DNA of 64,000 nt. Origin: an uncultured Pseudomonadota bacterium (GTDB taxonomy: Bacteria > Pseudomonadota > Alphaproteobacteria > JACZXZ01). Of this stretch, positions 51,482-60,454 are shown piece after piece. The notes under the pieces were generated by a model. That model had not been told where the DNA came from. It was given only the letters and a program-made list of their open reading frames with translations, and did no database searches. Where the stretch lies: assembly GCA_963749075.1 (NCBI GenBank), contig CAVVLJ010000016.1, positions 544,001 through 608,000 on the forward strand, read 5' to 3'. Position 1 is the first letter of the stretch. The number at the start of each line of letters is the position of its first letter. Position numbers and translations under genes: made by a program.

Positions 51482-53248
51482 ATGGGCGGGAGTGGAGAGG
51501 GCTTGGTCGGGCTGGGCCGTGCGGGGAGCCATCGCCACGTGCTGCTCGGCAGCCGGCACATGGTGTCGTCCGCCCATTTCGCTGCTGCCCATGCCGGCTT
51601 CCTCGTGCTCGAGGCCGGCGGCAATGCCATCGACGCCGGCGTCGCGGCCGGCTTCATGCTCGGCGTGGCGCAAAGTGACATCGTGAACGTGGCGGGCGTG
51701 GCGCCGATCATGCTCTATCTCGCAGCCAGCCGCGAGGTGCTGACCATCGACGGCCTCGGCGTCTGGCCGCGCGCCGCCTCGCTCGAGCATTTCGAGCGCG
51801 AGCATGGCGGGGTGATCCCCGAGGGCCTCTTACGCACCGTGACGCCGGCCGCCCCCGCCGCTTGGCTCGCCGCCCTCGAGCGCTACGGCACCATGAGCTT
51901 CGGCGAGGTGGCATCGGCCGCTATCCGCCTGGCGCGCGAAGGCTTTCCCATGCATCCGCCCATGGCGGACTACATCGCGCGCAACGTGCCGCGCTACAGG
52001 CAGTGGGCGCAGAACGCCGCCATCTACCTGCCGAACGGCCGGCCCCCCGAGGCGGGCGAGATCTTCGTGCAGAGCGACCTCGCGGCGAGCCTGCAGTACA
52101 TGGCCGATGAGGAGCAGGCGGCCAGGAAGCGCGGCCGCGCGGCCGGGATCCGGGCGGCGCGCGACGCCTTCTACCGCGGCGACATCGCCAAGCGCATCGC
52201 GAATTATCACCGCCAGCACGGCGGCTGGCTGAGCGAGGAGGACCTGGCGGATTATCGCGTGCGCTTCGAGGCCCCCGTGCAATGCCGCTATGGCGAGGTC
52301 GAGCTCTATACCTGCGGGCCGTGGTGCCAGGGGCCGGTGCTCGCCGAGATCCTGCGCATCATCGACGGCATCGACTTGGGGGCACTCGGCCACAATTCGC
52401 CGGCCTACGTGCATCTCCTGACCGAGGCGATCAAGCTCGCCTTCGCCGACCGCGAGGCCTATTTCGGCGACCCGCGGTTCGTCGACGTGCCGCTCGAGAC
52501 GCTGCTCTCGGACCGCTATGCCGCGGCAAGGCGCGCCGAGATCGACCCCAAGCGCGCCGCACCCGCCATGCCGCCCGCCGGCCGTGCCCGGGCGGATCAG
52601 GAAGCGCCGCGCATGGCGCTCGCCGCGACGGCCGAGGCGGGTGGTGCGGTTCCGCGCACCGCGCACGACACCTCCTACGTCGCCGTCGTCGACCGCCACG
52701 GCAACGTCTTCTCGGCGACGCCGAGCGACACCTCGAGCGACAGCGAGGTCATCCCGGGAACCGGCCTCGTGCCCTCCTCGCGCGGCTGCCAGTCGCGCAC
52801 CGACCGTGGCCACCCGAGCGTGCTGGCCCCCGGCAAGCGGCCGCGCTTGACGCCCAACCCGGCCATCGCCTTCTTCGGCGGCCGTGCCGCCATGCCCTTC
52901 GGCACGCCCGGCGGCGACGTGCAGAGCCAGGCCATGCTCCAGGTGCTGCTCAACGTGGCGGTGTTCGGCATGGACCTGCAGGCGGCGGTCGAGGCGCCGC
53001 GCTTCGCGAGCTACAGCTTCCCCAATTCCTTCGCACCCCACGACTACCATCCGGGGCGGCTCACCCTCGAGGCGCGCATCCCCGAGGCGACGCGCAACGC
53101 GCTCGCAGCGCTCGGCCACCGAATCGAGCCGTGGCCCGAATGGTCGTGGAATGCGGGTGCGGTCTGCGCCGTGGCGCGGGACAACGAGAGCGGCGTGCTC
53201 GCGGCGGGTGCCGATCCGCGGCGCTCGTCCTACGCCGTCGGCTGGTAG
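51482..53248 (+). CDS. Gamma-glutamyltranspeptidase-family Ntn hydrolase
   Basis: GGNAIDAG, HDTSYV (nucleophile Thr), PGKRPRLTPNP, GTPGGDVQ, GADPRR. Confidence 0.9.
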   Translation: MGGSGEGLVGLGRAGSHRHVLLGSRHMVSSAHFAAAHAGFLVLEAGGNAIDAGVAAGFMLGVAQSDIVNVAGVAPIMLYLAASREVLTIDGLGVWPRAASLEHFEREHGGVIPEGLLRTVTPAAPAAWLAALERYGTMSFGEVASAAIRLAREGFPMHPPMADYIARNVPRYRQWAQNAAIYLPNGRPPEAGEIFVQSDLAASLQYMADEEQAARKRGRAAGIRAARDAFYRGDIAKRIANYHRQHGGWLSEEDLADYRVRFEAPVQCRYGEVELYTCGPWCQGPVLAEILRIIDGIDLGALGHNSPAYVHLLTEAIKLAFADREAYFGDPRFVDVPLETLLSDRYAAARRAEIDPKRAAPAMPPAGRARADQEAPRMALAATAEAGGAVPRTAHDTSYVAVVDRHGNVFSATPSDTSSDSEVIPGTGLVPSSRGCQSRTDRGHPSVLAPGKRPRLTPNPAIAFFGGRAAMPFGTPGGDVQSQAMLQVLLNVAVFGMDLQAAVEAPRFASYSFPNSFAPHDYHPGRLTLEARIPEATRNALAALGHRIEPWPEWSWNAGAVCAVARDNESGVLAAGADPRRSSYAVGW

Positions 53249-53291
53249 GCCGGGCGGCGGCTTGATGGCAAGGCAATAGGTGGAGGGCACG

Positions 53292-54353
53292 ATGCGTCGT
53301 CGCGATTTTCTCAGGACGAGTGCGGCAGCACTCAGCATCCCCGCCGGGCTCGGCCTGGCGCAGAGCGCTTTCGCCGCCGATCCGCCCAACGAGCTCAAGG
53401 TGCTGACCTGGGGCAGCGCCTGGGGCAACGCGCTCAAGGAAGGTGCGGACGCCGATTTCACCCAGGAGACCGGCATGCAGGTCGACCTGGACACCGGCAC
53501 CATCGCCGTCAACCGCATCGCCAAGCTCAAGAGCAGCTTAGCCAGCCAGACCTACGACATCGTCCAGCTCTATGACGCGCTGTGGCCGTTCGCCATTGCC
53601 AATGGCCTGCTCGAGCGCATCGACGCCAAATCGCCGAGCTTCAAGAACCTCAAGGACATCTATCCGCGCTTCGTCCATCCCTATTGGGTGGCGACGATCT
53701 TCTCGGCCATCGGCATCGCCTTCAACGTCAACCAGGTGAAGACGCCGCCGACCGCCTTCAAGGATCTGTGGCGGCCGGAGTTCAGGGGCCGCATCGTGCT
53801 GCCGGACATCACGGACCCCATCGGCTTCGATCTCGTGCCCATCGGCGCGCTCGCCTCGGGCAAGCCTGCCAGCGACTTCGACGCCGGCTTCGAGATGCTC
53901 AAGCGCATGGCGGCGCAGCAGCCGATCTGGGCCAAGGACGGGCTCGCCTCGACCACGGCCTTTCGCGAGGGACGCGCCGTCATCGGCGTCATCTACGCTT
54001 CGGAAGCGCCCACGCTGCACGCCATGAACGTGCCGGTCAAATGGGTGTTCCCCGCCGAGGGCGCCATCTCCGCCTCGTGGGGGACCGGCATCGTCAAGGG
54101 AACGAAGAACAAGGTGCCGGCCGAGCGCTATCTCGACCTCGCCTTGGCGGCCAAGAACGAGGCGCCCTTCAGCAGGGCCTTCAACTATGCCGGCACCAAC
54201 GACAAGGCGCTCGGCCAGTTGACACCCGAGCAGCAGGCGCGCGTGCGCTTCACCGACGATGAGCTCAAGCGCCTGGTCGAGCTCGACCACGCCTACATTG
54301 CCAAGAATCGCCCGCAATTGACCGATCGCTGGAAGCACACGCTCGGCGGCTGA
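53292..54353 (+). CDS. Tat-exported ABC solute-binding protein (PotD-like), no cognate membrane genes adjacent
   Basis: MRRRDFL twin-arginine signal; TWGSAWG, DLWRPEFRG, FPAEG. Confidence 0.85.
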   Translation: MRRRDFLRTSAAALSIPAGLGLAQSAFAADPPNELKVLTWGSAWGNALKEGADADFTQETGMQVDLDTGTIAVNRIAKLKSSLASQTYDIVQLYDALWPFAIANGLLERIDAKSPSFKNLKDIYPRFVHPYWVATIFSAIGIAFNVNQVKTPPTAFKDLWRPEFRGRIVLPDITDPIGFDLVPIGALASGKPASDFDAGFEMLKRMAAQQPIWAKDGLASTTAFREGRAVIGVIYASEAPTLHAMNVPVKWVFPAEGAISASWGTGIVKGTKNKVPAERYLDLALAAKNEAPFSRAFNYAGTNDKALGQLTPEQQARVRFTDDELKRLVELDHAYIAKNRPQLTDRWKHTLGG

Positions 54354-54401
54354 GCGGGGAAGCCGGCATACTCCGGCTGCCGCGCCGCGCGGTGGTGCGG
54401 C

Positions 54402-54449
54402 CTATCGGCTTGGTCTATGCGAGCCATAGCAAATATCGATTTGCTTTAT
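54402..54449 (+). promoter_or_regulatory. LysR-type operator upstream of phnX
   Basis: CTATCGGCTTGGTCTATGCGAGCCATAGCAAATATCGATTTGCTTTAT, closely repeated at 56224-56271; contains two T-N11-A boxes. Confidence 0.75.
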
Positions 54450-54516
54450 AGGACGGAGCGGGCCCATATGCCGCCCCGGGCATGAGCCTGTGCCCGGCGC
54501 GCTGAGGGAGAGAGGG

Positions 54517-55347
54517 ATGAACTTCACCTATCGCCGCGCCTATTGCGGGCCGCTCGAGGCCGTGCTCCTGGATTGGGCCGGCACCACCATGGACTTCGGC
54601 TGCGTCGCCCCTGCGGTCGTCTTCGTCGAGGTGTTCAAGCGGCGCGGCGTGCCGATCGACATGGCCGAGGCGCGCGCCCCCATGGGTGCGCACAAGCGCG
54701 TGCACATCCAGCGCATCACCGAGCTCGATTCGGTGCGGGAGCGCTGGCAGAAGGCGCACGGACGCCTGCCAAGCGAGGCCGATGTGAACGCCATGTTCGA
54801 GGACTTCGTGCCCCTCCAGCTCAAGTGTCTCTCGGACTATTCCGAGCTCATCCCCGGCGCGCTCGAGGCGGTGGCGGCCTTGCGCAAGCGCGGCATCAAG
54901 ATCGGCTCGACGACCGGCTACACGACCGAGATGATGAGGATCAACCTCAGGGATGCGGCTCGCCAGGGCTACAAGCCGGACGTGACCGTGTGCGCGAGCG
55001 ACGTGCCGGCCGGGCGGCCCCTTCCCTACATGTGCCTCAAAAACGTGATCGACCTCGGCGTCTCGACGGTCGAGGCCTGCGTCAAGATCGACGACACGAT
55101 CCCCGGCGTGGAGGAGGGTCTCAACGCCGGCATGTGGACGATCGGGCTCGCGGTCTCGGGGAACGAGGTGGGGCTCGGCCTCAAGGAATGGCGCAAGCTG
55201 CCCAAGCCTGCGAAGGAGGAGAAGCGCGCCCGCGCCTACCGCCGCATGGCGCAGGCGGGCAGCCACTACACCGTCGACAGCATCGCCGACATCATGCCCT
55301 CGATCGACGACATCCAGGCGCGCATCCGCCGCGGCGAGCGGCCTTGA
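54517..55347 (+). CDS. phnX: Phosphonoacetaldehyde hydrolase
   Basis: LDWAGTTMDFG, ARAPMGAHKRVHI (Schiff-base Lys), KIDDT, SGNEVG. Confidence 0.95.
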   Translation: MNFTYRRAYCGPLEAVLLDWAGTTMDFGCVAPAVVFVEVFKRRGVPIDMAEARAPMGAHKRVHIQRITELDSVRERWQKAHGRLPSEADVNAMFEDFVPLQLKCLSDYSELIPGALEAVAALRKRGIKIGSTTGYTTEMMRINLRDAARQGYKPDVTVCASDVPAGRPLPYMCLKNVIDLGVSTVEACVKIDDTIPGVEEGLNAGMWTIGLAVSGNEVGLGLKEWRKLPKPAKEEKRARAYRRMAQAGSHYTVDSIADIMPSIDDIQARIRRGERP

Positions 55348-55357
55348 GGGCAGCACC

Positions 55358-56233
55358 TCAGGCGGCCGGCTTCCGCGCCAGGAGCTCGAAGAAGGCCTTC
55401 ACCACGCGCACCTCGAGGCGGTCCTTAAGGCAGGCCGCGAACTCGGTGCTCTCGATCGCCGCGTCGCGGAAGGCGACGGGTCGGAGCCGCGCGTCGTGGC
55501 CGAACTCGCTCGCGAACACCACGCCTAAGCCGAGCCCCGCTGCGACCGCCTCGCGCACCGCCTCCCGGCTGCCGATCTCGAGCGTGTCGCCGAGGCGGAT
55601 GCCGGCCTCGGCCAGCGCCTCCTCGAAGCGCGCCCGCGTGCTCGAGCCGGGCTCGCGCAGGACGAGGCGCTGCCCCGCGAGCTCGCCGAGCCGCACCGCC
55701 TTGCGCCCGGCCCAGGGATGGCGGCGCTCGACCACCAGCATGAGCCGGTCGCGGCGGAAGGGCACGGCGTGGAGACGCCCGTCGTCGGCGAGATCCGCGA
55801 GCACCGCCACGTCGCTCTTGCGCTCCAAGAGGCCGGCAAGCACCTCCTGCGAATTGCCGAAGGCGAGTGCTAGCCTGATGCCGGGAAAGCGCTCGGCGAA
55901 GGCACGCAGGAGCGGGATGATGTGATAGGGGGCGTCGGCGGCAACGCGGATGAGGCCGCGCAAGAGGCCGCGTGCCGAGAGCAGCAGCTCCTCGGCCTCG
56001 GTCTCCACGCCGAACTGCCGGCGGGTGATCTCGTGGAGCGCCTTGCCGAGCTCGGTGATCTCGACGCCTCGCCCGACGCGCTCGAAGAGCCGCACGCCGT
56101 AAGCCGCCTCGAGCTCCTTGACCTGCGCCGAGAGGGTCGGCTGCGTGAGGTGGAGTGCCGCCGCCGCGCGCGTGAAGCTGCCCTCGCTGGCGACCGCGTG
56201 GAAGGCGCGCAGCTGGGCGTGGCTTATCGACAT
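55358..56233 (-). CDS. LysR family regulator of aminoethylphosphonate catabolism
   Basis: QLRAFHAVA, SFTRAA, QPTLSAQVKELE; located between phnX and phnW. Confidence 0.92.
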   Translation of the reverse strand: MSISHAQLRAFHAVASEGSFTRAAAALHLTQPTLSAQVKELEAAYGVRLFERVGRGVEITELGKALHEITRRQFGVETEAEELLLSARGLLRGLIRVAADAPYHIIPLLRAFAERFPGIRLALAFGNSQEVLAGLLERKSDVAVLADLADDGRLHAVPFRRDRLMLVVERRHPWAGRKAVRLGELAGQRLVLREPGSSTRARFEEALAEAGIRLGDTLEIGSREAVREAVAAGLGLGVVFASEFGHDARLRPVAFRDAAIESTEFAACLKDRLEVRVVKAFFELLARKPAA

Positions 56234-56271
56234 GGTCTATCCGTCACATAGTTTTTATCGATTTGCTTTAT
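56224..56271 (+). promoter_or_regulatory. LysR-type operator upstream of phnW, overlapping the LysR start
   Basis: TTATCGACATGGTCTATCCGTCACATAGTTTTTATCGATTTGCTTTAT. Confidence 0.75.
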
Positions 56272-56343
56272 GCTAGCGGCGCGGCGCATAAGGGACAAGG
56301 GGTGCGGTGGGGTGCTCCGAGAGCGGGCGCCGAAAGGGACTCG

Positions 56344-57537
56344 ATGATGACCGACCGCGACAGGACTGCGACGGTGCCGGCGCGCGCGCACTCGCCGACG
56401 GGCGATCCCTGGCTGCTCACGCCCGGGCCGCTCACCACCTCGCCCGCGGTCAAGGAAGCGATGCTGCACGACTTGGGCTCGCGCGACGGCAAATTCATCG
56501 CGCTCAACCGCCGGGTGCGCGAGCGCCTGCTGGCGGTCGTGAGCGGCGCCGCCACGCACGTCTGCGTGCCCCTCCAGGGCAGCGGCACCTTCGTGGTCGA
56601 GGCCATGATCGGCACTTTCGTGCCCATGGACGGCAAGCTCCTCATCCTGGTGAACGGCGCCTACGGCAAGCGCATGGCGCGCATCTGCGGCTACTACGGC
56701 ATGGCCCATGAGGTGATCGAGGTGCGGGAGGACCGCGCGGTCGATCCCGCGGCGCTCGAGCGCCGCCTCGCCGCCGAGCCGGATCTGACCCACGTCGCGG
56801 TGGTGCATACCGAGACCACCTCGGGCGTGCTCAATCCGCTTCAAGAGGTGGCGGAGGTCACGGCGCGGCACGGCCGCCGGTTGCTCGTCGATGCCATGAG
56901 CTCGTTCGGCGCACTCCCCATCGATGCGCGGAGGACGCCGTTCGATGCGCTCGTCGCCTCGAGCAACAAATGCCTCGAGGGCGTGCCCGGGCTCGGCTTC
57001 TGCATCGCCCGGCGCGAGGCACTCGAGGCGGCCGAAGGTACCGCGCCCTCGCTGAGCCTCGACCTCCACGATCAATGGACGGCAATGGAGGCGAACGGCC
57101 AGTGGCGCTTCACGCCTCCCGTCCACGTCATCCTGGCGCTCGACAAGGCGCTCGACGAGTTCGAGGCGGAGGGCGGCACCGCTGGACGCGGCGGGCGCTA
57201 CCGCGAGAACTGCCGCATCCTCCTCGAGGGCCTCAAGGCACTCGGCTTCGAGACGCTCCTCGAGGAGCGCATCCAGGCGCCCAACATCGTCACGGTCCGC
57301 ATGCCGGCCGATGCCAATTTCGTCTTCGGCGCCTTCTACGCGCGGCTTGCCGAGGCGGGTTACGTGATCTATCCCGGCAAGCTCACGGTGGCCGAGAGCT
57401 TCCGCATCGGCTGCATCGGCCGCCTCGGGCCAGCCGAGATGAATGGCGCGCTCGACGCCATCCGCAGGACCCTCGGCGAGATGGGCGTGGCGAGCTGCGC
57501 CGCGAGCCCCGCGGGTACCGCACGCAAGCGGGCCTAG
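56344..57537 (+). CDS. phnW: 2-aminoethylphosphonate--pyruvate transaminase
   Basis: LLTPGPLTTS, LQGSGT, VDAMSSFG, SSNKCLEGVPG, QWRFTPP, IYPGKL. Confidence 0.95.
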   Translation: MMTDRDRTATVPARAHSPTGDPWLLTPGPLTTSPAVKEAMLHDLGSRDGKFIALNRRVRERLLAVVSGAATHVCVPLQGSGTFVVEAMIGTFVPMDGKLLILVNGAYGKRMARICGYYGMAHEVIEVREDRAVDPAALERRLAAEPDLTHVAVVHTETTSGVLNPLQEVAEVTARHGRRLLVDAMSSFGALPIDARRTPFDALVASSNKCLEGVPGLGFCIARREALEAAEGTAPSLSLDLHDQWTAMEANGQWRFTPPVHVILALDKALDEFEAEGGTAGRGGRYRENCRILLEGLKALGFETLLEERIQAPNIVTVRMPADANFVFGAFYARLAEAGYVIYPGKLTVAESFRIGCIGRLGPAEMNGALDAIRRTLGEMGVASCAASPAGTARKRA

Positions 57538-57556
57538 GCCAGGGGAAATCATCAGT

Positions 57557-58960
57557 ATGGCAAGGATCGAGCGCGCCGAGCGCCGCCCGCCCAAGCCCTC
57601 CGAGGGCGACGTCAACCTCTCGCCGCGGCGCCGGCGCTGGGCCGCGCGCAACATCGACGCCGCGACCCGCGCGCTGCTCGAGGCCGACGAGCGCAATTTC
57701 CTCCGCCAGGCGGTCTCCACACCCTGCCTCGACGCCGTGCGCAAGGCGGAGGGCATCTGGATCGAGGACCTGGCGGGCCGGCGCTACATGGACTTCCACG
57801 GCAACAACGTGCATCACATCGGCTACGGCCATCCCCGCCTCAAGGCGGCGATCGCGCGCCAGATGGACGAGCTGCCCTTCGCCCCGCGGCGCTTCACCTG
57901 CGCCCCCGCGGTCGAGCTCGCGGAGAAGCTCGCGGCGTTGGCACCGGGCGGCCTCACGAAGGCGCTCTTCGCACCCGGCGGCTCAGAGGCCGTCGAGATC
58001 GCCATCAAGATCGCGCGCGCCGCCACGGGCCGCTACAAGACCCTCTCGTTCTGGGACTCCTTCCACGGCGCCGGCTTCGCAGCTGCCAGCGTCGGCGGCG
58101 AGGAGCTCTTCCGCGCAAGTGCCATCGGCCCCCTCATGCCGGGCGCCGAGCACGTGCCGCCCTATAGCTGCTACCGCAATCCCTTCGGTCCCGGCCACAC
58201 GAGCAAGGCCCTCCACAACGAGAGCTGCCGCACCGTCTTCCTCAACATGGTGCGCTATGCGCTCGAGAAGGAGGGCGACATCGCGGCGGTGATCGCCGAG
58301 CCCATCCGCGCCGTGCCCTATCTGCCGCCGCCGGGCTTCTGGCAGGGCGTGCGCGAGGCCTGCGACCGCCACGGCACGCTCCTCATCTTCGACGAGATCC
58401 CGACGGGGCTCGGCAAGACCGGCCGCTTCTTCGCTTGCGAGCATGACGGTGTGGCGCCCGACATCCTGGTGCTCGGCAAGGCGCTCGGCGGCGGCATCCT
58501 GCCGCTCGCGGCCGTCCTGGCACGGCCCGAGCTCGACGTGGGCGAGCGCTACGCCTTCGGCCATTACACCCACGAGAAGAACCCGGTGCTCGCCCGCGCA
58601 GCGCTCGAGACCATCGCCATCATCGAGGAGGAGGGCCTGGTCGAGAACGCGGCGCGCGTGGGGGCACTCGCCCTCGAGCGCATGGCGGCGATGATGGACC
58701 GCCATCCCCTCATCGGCGACGTGCGCGGCCGCGGCCTCCTTCTCGGCATCGAGCTCGTCGAGGACCGCGACAGCAAGGCGCCGGCGAGCGACGCGGCCGA
58801 GGCGGTGCTCTACGCCTCGCTCGAGCGCGGCCTGAGCTTCAAGACCACGATGGGGAACGTGCTGACCCTCACCCCGCCGCTCACCATCAGCGCCGCCGAG
58901 ATGGAGAAGGCGCTCGACATCGTCGAGGCGGCGATCGCGGAGGTGGAGGGGGCGCGCTGA
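57557..58960 (+). CDS. pbfA: Class III PLP enzyme, probably (R)-1-hydroxy-2-aminoethylphosphonate ammonia-lyase
   Basis: SEGDVN N-terminus, DFHGNNVH, WDSFHGA, DEIPTGLG, GHYTHEKN, LSFKTTMG; phnW-phnX context. Confidence 0.78.
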   Translation: MARIERAERRPPKPSEGDVNLSPRRRRWAARNIDAATRALLEADERNFLRQAVSTPCLDAVRKAEGIWIEDLAGRRYMDFHGNNVHHIGYGHPRLKAAIARQMDELPFAPRRFTCAPAVELAEKLAALAPGGLTKALFAPGGSEAVEIAIKIARAATGRYKTLSFWDSFHGAGFAAASVGGEELFRASAIGPLMPGAEHVPPYSCYRNPFGPGHTSKALHNESCRTVFLNMVRYALEKEGDIAAVIAEPIRAVPYLPPPGFWQGVREACDRHGTLLIFDEIPTGLGKTGRFFACEHDGVAPDILVLGKALGGGILPLAAVLARPELDVGERYAFGHYTHEKNPVLARAALETIAIIEEEGLVENAARVGALALERMAAMMDRHPLIGDVRGRGLLLGIELVEDRDSKAPASDAAEAVLYASLERGLSFKTTMGNVLTLTPPLTISAAEMEKALDIVEAAIAEVEGAR

Positions 58961-59116
58961 GGCCAGTGTACGAGGGCGCATATTCACGCCTTGGGCTTGT
59001 TGAGCCGGCCTGCTCAAGGTCCGTTTGACGCCTGACAGCGGCCGGACAGCGAATATCGAGGAAGGTCCAGGTAGTGCCATCGCGCCCGGCCGAAATATCA
59101 GCCGACTTGGAATGCG

Positions 59117-59749
59117 TCACGGGCGGCTTGCTAAGGCCTTCAGCATTGCGGCGCGACCGTCGAGCCACTCGAGTAGATCATCATAGGTCAAGATAGACAA
59201 CTTGGCGCCGCCAACAATTGTGTTTTTGGACCGCCAGTCGAGCCGATGGCGATTGTAGACGGACACCTCGCTACTCCGGCCCACGATAACAAGACCCATT
59301 GACGTGACATGCCTAGCCCCAAAATCGCGTTCCATGACATCGGTACCCGTCTCCCTGTCGATCCGAAACAGCCAGTCGACGACCTGCGAAACACCATGCT
59401 CAACACGTGTCCCCCAGTGAGCGTTTTTGCGCCCCTCCTCTGGCCGAAATAGGCTTGTCGCAGACGCGTCTTCAAATTCGACGAAGAGGAAGGCAGCATC
59501 TTGCAGGTTTCCGGCTATGAGATCGCACACAAAGTCGCCCCAGAGAGGGACCTCCACTTTGACGTGAGTTCCAGTGCTGACCCTATCGACGAGGGTTCCA
59601 AGATACGCGCAAAGTTGCAGATGGGCCTCGAAGAAAGGCAGGAAATGCTTGCGTTCACCGCGAGGATTAGAATTCAGGAATGCACGAAATTCCTCGATTT
59701 CCTTGATCAGAGCTGATGCATCCGGATCAATTTCGGCTACGAGCGGCAT
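59117..59749 (-). CDS. Shedu/DUF4263-like PD-(D/E)xK nuclease, catalytic domain only
   Basis: EVPLWGDFVCDL, FVEFEDA, GVSQVVDW, LVIVGR and ILTYDDLL follow the DUF4263 motif order; lower GC than the flanks. Confidence 0.75.
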   Translation of the reverse strand: MPLVAEIDPDASALIKEIEEFRAFLNSNPRGERKHFLPFFEAHLQLCAYLGTLVDRVSTGTHVKVEVPLWGDFVCDLIAGNLQDAAFLFVEFEDASATSLFRPEEGRKNAHWGTRVEHGVSQVVDWLFRIDRETGTDVMERDFGARHVTSMGLVIVGRSSEVSVYNRHRLDWRSKNTIVGGAKLSILTYDDLLEWLDGRAAMLKALASRP

Positions 59750-60027
59750 CAGCTGGCAGCGCGCTTTTGCCAATATTGCTCTAGTTGATCAGGCCGGGCT
59801 ACGGCAACAACTATGATCTGATTGCCCGCGATCCGCACCAAGGCGCGGAGACGAGAGGTAATTCCTAATTCCCAAAGCTCCTCGCTCCTGGGAATCCGCC
59901 TGAGATTGGTCCGCATTCCGTGGAAATCCTGCGCAAGCTTCCGCAGCATCTCGTCGGTTCGACTTTCATCCGACTCTGGCAGCGTGGACAGCTGCGCCCT
60001 AATCGCACTATTGATCACAAGTTCCAT
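59749..60027 (-). CDS. Small RelE/ParE-fold-like protein (92 aa)
   Basis: MELVINSAIRAQLSTLP...LRRIPRSEELWELGITSRLRALVRIAGNQIIVVAV has a beta-helix-helix-beta3 pattern; strong RBS; TGATG overlap with the downstream nuclease. Confidence 0.6.
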   Translation of the reverse strand: MELVINSAIRAQLSTLPESDESRTDEMLRKLAQDFHGMRTNLRRIPRSEELWELGITSRLRALVRIAGNQIIVVAVARPDQLEQYWQKRAAS

Positions 60028-60454
60028 AGTCTCTCCTTCCTCGCGTTGAGCATGGGCAGAGATGTCAGTTTGCAACCTTCTCAAATGACCTATTCATTTA
60101 TGATACCACGAATTAAATCAACTGCCCCTTGAGCCTTGTTCCGGGGAAGCTATCCTACGGCAACGGAGGGGCAACCACAAAACGCCCCAATGACGTCCTC
60201 GTGCTAACGCCATGGGCGTAGATCAGATCGCGGGCTTCTCCTGATCGAGCGCATCGCATCCAAGACAAGCTCTACTCTGGGCCAATCGCTTCGGTTCCGC
60301 CATGTCGGCGACATGTCCGGTGAGCAAAAAATCCCGCAAACGCCGGTTTGCCATTGAGGGCACCGCGACGGGCCCGAACAAGGTTAGAGGGAACTGTCTT
60401 GCCGTCATTAAGCCAGTGTCGATGGGACTTCGGCGGCGTTTATGAATTCGCGCC

